The translations under genes and the position numbers were made by a program. A stretch of 64,000 nucleotides of DNA from Deinococcales bacterium. Its GTDB lineage: Bacteria; Deinococcota; Deinococci; Deinococcales; JAAFIG01. Location: assembly GCA_031414595.1 (NCBI GenBank), contig JANNVX010000098.1, positions 141,724 through 205,723 on the forward strand, given 5' to 3'. Of the stretch, positions 57,616-64,000 are shown one piece after another. Under the pieces are notes generated by a model. It did not search any database. It saw only the letters and a list, made by a program, of their open reading frames with translations, and was not told the origin of the DNA. Position 1 is the first letter of the stretch. Each line of letters opens with the position of its first letter.

Positions 57616-59316
57616 ATGAAAAAACTTGTCCTGATGGCTGTGCTTTTTGTATTCGCCCTGGCTGCTTGTAATACTGCTTCACCGATACCGATTGTTGCCG
57701 AGAACGACCCAGACGAGACCCCAATTATCGAAGCCTCGGCTTTAGACGCTCGGGTTCAAGCAGACACCAAAGTCTCGAGTAAAGTTGTACCGATTACCGA
57801 TAAATTCTTGGATGCCATTGTTAAAGTGGTCAGGTCTACGGGCGAAATTATTTTTGACCAAGCCCAATTACCAAGTGGTGCGAGCGATAAATTAGTCGTG
57901 GGTAATATTTTGGTTGGTAAAGCCGGCGTAAAAGCCCGCAAAGGTTTTTTACGCAAAATAATGGCAGTCACTCGAGAATCTGGTCAGGTACGGGTCAAAA
58001 CCGAAGAGGCTAAACTCAATCAAGTTTTTGAAGCTGGGGGTTTTCGGGTTAAACGCAGAATGAAACTGACCGACGCTCCATACATGATTTTACCGAATGG
58101 TCAAAAACAAGCCTTGCAAAAAACTCGAGCCAGCAACAAAGGCTTAATTTTTCCAGTCCAAATAGATTTTTGCCCCATCAACACCGATGGCAACAAAAAC
58201 ACCACCAACGACCAAGTGTGCGTTTCGGGCAGCGTGGACATTAGCCTAGATTTTGATTTTGTCTTTATTTGCCAAGGTTTTCTCTGCACCAAGCCGTACT
58301 TAGACACCAACATTACAATCACCGAAAGCACCAATCTAACCGTGACTGGCGAACTGGCAAAAACAATTGATAAAAAAGTTTTACTCGGCACGATTCCGCT
58401 ACCAATCATTACCATTCCAATTGGTTTTGTCCCACTTGTTTTTGTGCCAAGTATTAAACTCGAAGCCTCGATAACTGGAGAAGTCAGTGTTGGCTTTAAC
58501 TGGACAGCCAATCAAACCATGAGTTTTACCGCAGGTATCGAACTCGAGGATGGCAAATTTGACACCTACAGCACTTTTAGTAAGTCCTACACCTCGAACG
58601 CCGAGGTAAATCTAGATATGGATGTCGAAGCTCGGGTAGATGCCACCGCTAGTATTCTGGTGTTTGGTATTGGTGGTCCAATCGCCACAATGGGTGGTTT
58701 TGTGACCTTTGAGGCTGGTTTTCCACGCACCCCAACTTGGTCTTTAGAGGCGGGGCTAGATGTCAGTATCGGCTTAGAACTGAGTTTATTTGGCTTATTT
58801 AGCACCGATGTCAGCTACGAAATTTTTGAGAAACGCTGGACAGTCGCCGAAGCACCAAATACCAAGCCAAGCATTATTATCAAAGCCCCACTCGAGAACG
58901 AAACGATAGAACTGGCTAAACAAACCTTCACGACTGGCGCATTAGCAGGAAACGATTATTTTATCATCCCAACTATAGACATCAACACTGACGACCTCGA
59001 GGATGGCTGGGCGTGTTGCAGTGTCGAATGGACAATTGCTGGTACTAAACAAAGTACCGCCTTGGGTTCTGGACATAAATTCACCGATTACACCTATATT
59101 GGCGCGGCTGGTCTAAAAACCATCACCGCGACTGTGACTGACTCGAGTGGCGGTAAAACCATCAAAACTTGGAGCTTTACAATTAAATCCTGTACCTTAG
59201 CCCCAAAAGCACCTGGGGCTGGATTGGCGCTGATGACAGCCCCACCACCTTCGAGTGGCTTGAATGAATGTGCCAATACTGGCGTAGGCACAAGCAAAAC
59301 CCCCAATTTATTCTAA
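57616..59316 (+). CDS. Large beta-rich lipoprotein of unknown function with C-terminal Ig/PKD-like domain
   Basis: Lipobox LAAC; GGAG RBS; long alternating beta-strand region; ITATVTDSSG Ig-like tail. Confidence 0.7.
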   Translation: MKKLVLMAVLFVFALAACNTASPIPIVAENDPDETPIIEASALDARVQADTKVSSKVVPITDKFLDAIVKVVRSTGEIIFDQAQLPSGASDKLVVGNILVGKAGVKARKGFLRKIMAVTRESGQVRVKTEEAKLNQVFEAGGFRVKRRMKLTDAPYMILPNGQKQALQKTRASNKGLIFPVQIDFCPINTDGNKNTTNDQVCVSGSVDISLDFDFVFICQGFLCTKPYLDTNITITESTNLTVTGELAKTIDKKVLLGTIPLPIITIPIGFVPLVFVPSIKLEASITGEVSVGFNWTANQTMSFTAGIELEDGKFDTYSTFSKSYTSNAEVNLDMDVEARVDATASILVFGIGGPIATMGGFVTFEAGFPRTPTWSLEAGLDVSIGLELSLFGLFSTDVSYEIFEKRWTVAEAPNTKPSIIIKAPLENETIELAKQTFTTGALAGNDYFIIPTIDINTDDLEDGWACCSVEWTIAGTKQSTALGSGHKFTDYTYIGAAGLKTITATVTDSSGGKTIKTWSFTIKSCTLAPKAPGAGLALMTAPPPSSGLNECANTGVGTSKTPNLF

Positions 59317-59318
59317 TT

Positions 59319-59534
59319 ATGGATACCAGTCTCGAGTACCGTTTACGAATTATTCCCGCCCAGACAGGACAACCTTGGCAAGCCATCCTCGAGGGCAACG
59401 GAATTGTGCTGCGCTTCTCGAGCTTATTGGATTTGATGCGTTACCTTGAGCGAGTCAAACCGAAGATGATTTACCAAACACCCATGTCGCCAGCATCGGC
59501 AGTGCGCCCACACCCAGCGCCACCCAACCAATGA
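59319..59534 (+). CDS. Small hypothetical protein coupled to the lipoprotein
   Basis: ATG 2 nt after the lipoprotein stop; Y.LRI...WQAILE....RFSSL.DL..YL pattern; tail overlaps the MFS gene 3' end. Confidence 0.55.
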   Translation: MDTSLEYRLRIIPAQTGQPWQAILEGNGIVLRFSSLLDLMRYLERVKPKMIYQTPMSPASAVRPHPAPPNQ

Positions 59535-60708
59535 CTGGAAAGCCAAACGCCCCAACAATTAAACCGCCGCCGAGTGCGCCTATTGCCGCACACATCCAGA
59601 CCACCAATTCGGCACTGCCTTGGACAGAGGCGCGTTCGTGTACCTCGAGTTGGTCGGTCAGTAAGGTTGTGCCAGCCACACTACAAAAATTCCAACCTAA
59701 ACCCAGAATAAATAAACTAAAGCCCATCTCGAGTGGACGGGTCGCAAAAACCGCTACAAATCCCGAGAGCATTAAGAGCAGCGCCCCCAGTTGAATTACG
59801 AGGCTACGCCCCCATGTGTCCACTAAGCGCCCAGTCAGCCAACCAAAGGCAAACATCCCCAGCACATGCACCGAGATTAAACCCGTGGCACTTTCTTCGT
59901 GACCCATGTGTTTGGCGTGTAGCGGCATTAAGACCATTAAACTGACCATCACCATTTGTCCAAGCCCCATCGAAATCAGGGCTAAGCGCATCTCGGGGAT
60001 TCTCAGTAAGACCGCCCAACTTCGGGTTGTGCCATGTACAGCAGTCTTGGTTTCTTGGACAGCCAAGGTACTTGGGTCTGGACGCAAGCCAAAAAAGATA
60101 ATCAGTGCGCCCAACAATAACCAAAATGCCCCTAAATACCAACCAAATTCGATACTTGGAATGTCTTGGGATTTTGCAAAACCCAGCACCAACGGGGCAA
60201 CTGCCCAACTGAGTAGACTGCCAAAAGCGCTACCAGTCACCAGCGCCCCAATAACTGTGCCGCGTACCGCACTCGAGACCATTTCACCAGCCGCATATTT
60301 GGCTTGTTGAATTGCACCATTAGCCGCCCCAACCATTGCCCCGCCAATTAAAAAGCCAATCAAGTTCTTCTCGAGTGCCATGGTCGCTGCCAGAATCGCG
60401 CCAATTACACCAATTGCGTAGCCCCAAGCCAAGCCAAAACGCCGCCCCTTGTTCTGCATGATTCGTCCAGCCCAGAATGCAGCCACGGCAGACATAAAAA
60501 AATTGATTGTACTGGGTAATCCAGATAGGCTCTCGGAAGCCATAATGTTAAAAATAATAATGCTCGAGAGGGTTGTGGAGACGGTCGTCGAACTGGTAGA
60601 TAGTGCTTGGGCGACAAATAAAACAATTAAATTGCGGCGTACAGGATTAGGTAAATTCTGCCAAATGTTGGTTAAAGTCGGACGTGCCGTCACAGTGCTA
60701 AGGCTCAC
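59455..60708 (-). CDS. MFS transporter
   Basis: About 12 TM helices; GRRFGL, HVLGMFA...TGRLVD.WG, GLGWNF and ERASVQG motifs. Confidence 0.9.
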   Translation of the reverse strand: MSLSTVTARPTLTNIWQNLPNPVRRNLIVLFVAQALSTSSTTVSTTLSSIIIFNIMASESLSGLPSTINFFMSAVAAFWAGRIMQNKGRRFGLAWGYAIGVIGAILAATMALEKNLIGFLIGGAMVGAANGAIQQAKYAAGEMVSSAVRGTVIGALVTGSAFGSLLSWAVAPLVLGFAKSQDIPSIEFGWYLGAFWLLLGALIIFFGLRPDPSTLAVQETKTAVHGTTRSWAVLLRIPEMRLALISMGLGQMVMVSLMVLMPLHAKHMGHEESATGLISVHVLGMFAFGWLTGRLVDTWGRSLVIQLGALLLMLSGFVAVFATRPLEMGFSLFILGLGWNFCSVAGTTLLTDQLEVHERASVQGSAELVVWMCAAIGALGGGLIVGAFGFPVIGWVALGVGALPMLATWVFGKSSSV

Positions 60709-60717
60709 CGCTCGAGT

Positions 60718-60795
60718 CTACTGCTTTTGAGAGAGGGTGCATTGCCTACTGCTCGAGAGGGTGCATCCGCCTACTGCTCGAGAGGGTGCATCCGC
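60718..60795. repeat. 25 bp tandem repeat (2 perfect + 1 degenerate copy)
   Basis: CTACTGCTCGAGAGGGTGCATCCGC at 60746 and 60771; degenerate copy at 60718. Confidence 0.9.
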
Positions 60796-60869
60796 CCTAG
60801 TGTTTTTTAGGTACACTGCCAGTATTGAATGCTCGGGTTACAAAAACTCGGACTTAACCAAGGAGAAAA

Positions 60870-61559
60870 ATGAACACAATGATGTTTTTACCGATATTAC
60901 TGCTGGGCTTAGGGACGCTTGTGGCAGGTGCAGTTTCAATGAGCATGGGTCGTAAGCGCAAACCAATCATGATTGCCATTGGTGGTGGCTTAATTGGCTT
61001 AGCGGCGGCGGCTGGGGTACTGATTCCCAGTGGTAACGCCGCTACAGGTGGTTTTGCTTTTGCTTATCCCGCCCAAGCCGAAGCGCTTGATGCCCAAGAT
61101 TTTATTCTCGAGGGAACAGGTTTGGCGGGTTCAAACCTTGAAGTCCTCAAGAACGGGGCGCTTGACGGCAGTATTGGTGTGGATGGCAATGGTACGTGGT
61201 CGTACTATGTGCCGACCCAACCTGTCGGAGAATACGAATTTGAAGTTAAAGCCCCAGACGGCTCAAGCATCAAACGCAAAATTTCTGTGGCACAAGGTTT
61301 AAGCAACGCCAGCAATGCCAAATGCCCGTGTCGGGTGCGGGTTTTAGCCGAAACCGCAGGGAAAGCCCCTGTGAACGCCACGGTTATTCTCTATAAAGAT
61401 GGGGTTGAATTACGCCGAGGCGTTACCCCGTTCTTATTTGGCAATCTCGAGACTGGAAATTATACCTATAGTCTCGAAGCTGAGGGGTTTAAGACTTTTA
61501 GCAATGGCAAAGCCCAAACACCCAAGAATAAGAATTTACTTGTGTACATGGAAAAATAA
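60870..61559 (+). CDS. Membrane-anchored protein with Ig-like and PEGA-like domains
   Basis: Two N-terminal hydrophobic helices; AAGGAG RBS; VDGNGTWSY; GVTP....LETGNY.Y.LEAEGF. Confidence 0.6.
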   Translation: MNTMMFLPILLLGLGTLVAGAVSMSMGRKRKPIMIAIGGGLIGLAAAAGVLIPSGNAATGGFAFAYPAQAEALDAQDFILEGTGLAGSNLEVLKNGALDGSIGVDGNGTWSYYVPTQPVGEYEFEVKAPDGSSIKRKISVAQGLSNASNAKCPCRVRVLAETAGKAPVNATVILYKDGVELRRGVTPFLFGNLETGNYTYSLEAEGFKTFSNGKAQTPKNKNLLVYMEK

Positions 61560-61567
61560 ATTTCTTC

Positions 61568-61596
61568 AAGAACCCCACTAATTTAGTGGGGTTCTT
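61568..61596. terminator. Bidirectional terminator hairpin
   Basis: AAGAACCCCACTAA-T-TTAGTGGGGTTCTT between convergent genes. Confidence 0.8.
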
Positions 61597-62182
61597 ATTT
61601 GGTGATTTCCAGTGCCAGCGCTAGTGCATCCGCCCAAGCCAGACTGGCTCGAGGGTCACGCACATCACGAACCAAGCAACCCGCCACAGCCGCTTTCTCG
61701 AGGGCAGCATAGCGCCGCATAACCGTTGCAAAACGTGGGAAATTCAGTTCATTTAAGCGCCTTTCGGCTCGAGTCGCATCTTTACTCGGGGCGGGGGGCG
61801 CTAACGTAATCAATGCCCGAAACGGCAAATCCTCGAGTTCTTCTTGTAAACGTGGCATTGTCTCGAGTGATAAAGCACTGGGGCTGCTTGGCACAATCAG
61901 CAAATCGGCTTTACGGGTAAATTCATCCAGCGTTTTGGCTTTGGGCTGCGCTCTGGTATCAAAAATCACAAAGTCGTATTTTTTTGGTTTGGCATCGTCG
62001 GGTAAGACCACATCAAAAGGTAAACCTCGAGCCGCCCCTCGAGCCGCCCACTCAAACGCACCTTGGGCGGGGTCAGCATCCACCAATAAGGTTTTACCCT
62101 TTGTTGCTAATGCCCCAGCCAAATGAATCGCTGTGGTGGTTTTTCCAACCCCACCTTTAAGGCTTAATACAAGTAATCGCAT
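61595..62182 (-). CDS. Short orphan ParA-family ATPase
   Basis: KGGVGKTT, LVDADP, VIFDT and ADLLIVP motifs; no adjacent parB. Confidence 0.88.
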   Translation of the reverse strand: MRLLVLSLKGGVGKTTTAIHLAGALATKGKTLLVDADPAQGAFEWAARGAARGLPFDVVLPDDAKPKKYDFVIFDTRAQPKAKTLDEFTRKADLLIVPSSPSALSLETMPRLQEELEDLPFRALITLAPPAPSKDATRAERRLNELNFPRFATVMRRYAALEKAAVAGCLVRDVRDPRASLAWADALALALEITK

Positions 62183-62196
62183 CCTCAGATTGTACG

Positions 62197-62595
62197 TTAA
62201 TTTTGACTGCGTGATTTACGAATTCGGCAACGCTCGAGAATATACTGCACACTGCTCGAGGCGATTTGGTTATTTTGGGCGTGGGCTTGGAGTTTCTGCC
62301 AGCCCTGCCACTCGAGACTACGGGCAGTGGCTCGGCTTGTGCCTAGAAAAGTGCTGACTTCGCGCAGGCTGTGGCGGTGTCCGTCCACCAACCCACTGCG
62401 TAACCGCAAAACCATTTGCTCGTTATTGCCAAGCAGTGCAAAGGTCTGTTCGATTTCGCCTTGGTTTGGGATCATACTTCTATTTTCCTCGTTTTCCTGA
62501 GTTTTACTTGGGTCTGGTTTACGGTTTGCCATAAGAACTGACATCATCATGACATGGCTGTGCATTTTTTGGGGTGTGACGGCGCACACAGCCAC
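62197..62595 (-). CDS. Stand-alone sigma-70 region 4-like HTH protein (start uncertain; possibly 62475)
   Basis: L...EQMVLRLRSGLVDG...SLREVS..LG.SR...R.LE....KL matches the region 4 pattern. Confidence 0.7.
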   Translation of the reverse strand: MAVCAVTPQKMHSHVMMMSVLMANRKPDPSKTQENEENRSMIPNQGEIEQTFALLGNNEQMVLRLRSGLVDGHRHSLREVSTFLGTSRATARSLEWQGWQKLQAHAQNNQIASSSVQYILERCRIRKSRSQN

Positions 62596-62647
62596 CTCTG
62601 TAAAGGGCGAGTTCAGTCCCCATTCTTTGGTTGAGGCTGTTTGTGGA

Positions 62648-63802
62648 TTATTTTGTTAATGCCGTCCAGAGCGCCGCAACTCCAGCCCCTCGAGTAAATT
62701 TTGCCCCACAGTCTTGCAGCGCTTCCTCGAGTAAACCAGCAAAACTCAGGGCATCGTAGCGGTCAAAATATCCCATAAAGGAAATGCGTACAATTTGGTC
62801 TTTAATTGCGTCTTGTCCAGTCTGCGCCCGAGCGCCACGTTGTAAGAGCGCTGCCCAAAGCTCACGTCCACTGATTGGTGCGGGCGGAATAAGCGTCACA
62901 CAAGCTGGACTCGGAAGACTGGCATAACTGCGACAACCAAGAGCAACGGCGCAAGCCAGCAGTGCATCGTTCAGGGCTTTTTTATTTTCCCACCACGCCT
63001 CGAGACTGGTTTCTTCTATTTCGGTGGCAATTGGCTCGAGGGCGGCGTTTAAGCCGACAATTAAGTTGATGGCTGGGGTAAAGGCAGTTTCACCGCTTTG
63101 TTGCACCTTAATTTCACGGCGTAAATCAAAGTAATAGCCAGTGCTTTGACTTGAATTTAGAATCTCTAAGGCTCGAGGGGCTAAAAAAGCAAAAGCCAGC
63201 CCCGGAGGTGCGCCAGTGGCTTTTTGTGAACCGCTAATCACCGCGTCTATTTCCCATTCCTCGAGTCTGAGTTCGGCGACACCAAGGCTAGTAATGGCAT
63301 CCACTAGAAGTAAGATATTAGGGTTGATTGCCTTAGCAGCTTTGGCAATCTGCTCGAGGTCATGTAGTACACCCGTGCTGGTTTCTGAATGGGTGATTAA
63401 AAGCGCTTTGGCGTTTGGGTTGGCTTTCAGTAGTGTTTCTACTGCACCAATAGAAATACTTGTTCCCCACTCCAGCCGTGTTTCTTTTACGTGGTAGCCA
63501 AGGGCTTTTGCCATATCTGCCCAACGCTCGCCAAATTTGCCAGCGCTGATGCTGACCACGCGTTTTTCTCGAGCCACCAGACTGGTCAGAACGGCTTCAA
63601 ATGCACCCGTGCCACTACTGGTCAGAATAAGCGGTTCGACCGCCTCGGAGACACCCGCCACGATTCGCAGCAGTTCTCGAGCGCGTTTGACAATAGTTTT
63701 TGCTTCGGGACTTCGGTGATGCAATTGACGATTTGCCAGTGCCAGTTGCACAGCAGGACTAATTTCCACAGGACCGGGCGCAATCAGACGTTGACGATAC
63801 AT
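62648..63802 (-). CDS. Class V PLP-dependent aminotransferase (serine/alanine-glyoxylate type)
   Basis: APGPV, SGTGAFE, GKFGERW, HSETSTG, VDAITS and SGSQK motifs. Confidence 0.92.
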   Translation of the reverse strand: MYRQRLIAPGPVEISPAVQLALANRQLHHRSPEAKTIVKRARELLRIVAGVSEAVEPLILTSSGTGAFEAVLTSLVAREKRVVSISAGKFGERWADMAKALGYHVKETRLEWGTSISIGAVETLLKANPNAKALLITHSETSTGVLHDLEQIAKAAKAINPNILLLVDAITSLGVAELRLEEWEIDAVISGSQKATGAPPGLAFAFLAPRALEILNSSQSTGYYFDLRREIKVQQSGETAFTPAINLIVGLNAALEPIATEIEETSLEAWWENKKALNDALLACAVALGCRSYASLPSPACVTLIPPAPISGRELWAALLQRGARAQTGQDAIKDQIVRISFMGYFDRYDALSFAGLLEEALQDCGAKFTRGAGVAALWTALTK

Positions 63803-63860
63803 AGCCTAATCTACTCGAGAACTGGCTATTTTAGCGATTAAGTTGCACAGACAACTCGAG

Positions 63861-63904
63861 CTTAGGATTTGTCCCAGAATAACTTCCCGATTTCAAGAAT
63901 AGTG
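63861..63904 (+). repeat. Terminal repeat of the MITE-like family (third copy)
   Basis: CTTAGGATTTGTCCCAGAATAACTTCCCGATTTCAAGAATAGTG aligns with 46617 onward and the reverse complement of 17890-17930. Confidence 0.75.
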
Positions 63905-64000
63905 TCATTCGGTTCTCGGTTTGGTAAAGTCATTTGAATGCAGACCTACTCACTAAAAGTCAAAAATATGATGTTACGGCTGTACCAGTCACTTAATGAA

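Noticed and set aside
60718-60795. Possible CRISPR array (also 51243-51302)
   Set aside because: Repeats are head-to-tail with no unique spacers, and there are no cas genes; they are simple tandem repeats.

Overview
A 64 kb chromosomal window (about 48% GC by eye), most likely from a Deinococcota (Deinococcales-like) bacterium. Supporting this are many leaderless genes with a TANNNT -10 box 5-7 nt before the start codon, an RDRM-like operator upstream of gyrB, and typical core genes (obgE, gyrB, glyA, trpD, lipB, minDE, prmC, jag, phrB, comEA, M32 carboxypeptidase). I found no rRNA, tRNA, CRISPR array, transposase or integrase. The most notable signals are: (1) roughly 15-40-fold over-representation of the palindrome CTCGAG across the window, resembling cyanobacterial HIP1, with apparent avoidance of GGCC; (2) a RelE/Gp49-XRE toxin-antitoxin cassette bracketed by a ~90 bp duplication of the promoter and 5' end of a DEDDh exonuclease gene, with a junction at a CTCGAG; (3) a three-tier nested non-autonomous element (TIR-bounded MITE > GTAG-type REP doublet > GCGACC...TTATGGTCAAGA micro-insert); (4) a shared 33 bp composite Pho-box-like operator linking ugp ABC, phytase-like and glycosyltransferase/ugd genes; (5) a BTAD/STAND regulator divergent from a large lipoprotein plus a microprotein, with 11-bp-phased direct repeats between them; (6) a DUF3291-MOSC fusion and promoter-associated tandem repeats. 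All family calls come from motif recognition, not database searches, and all counts were done by hand.
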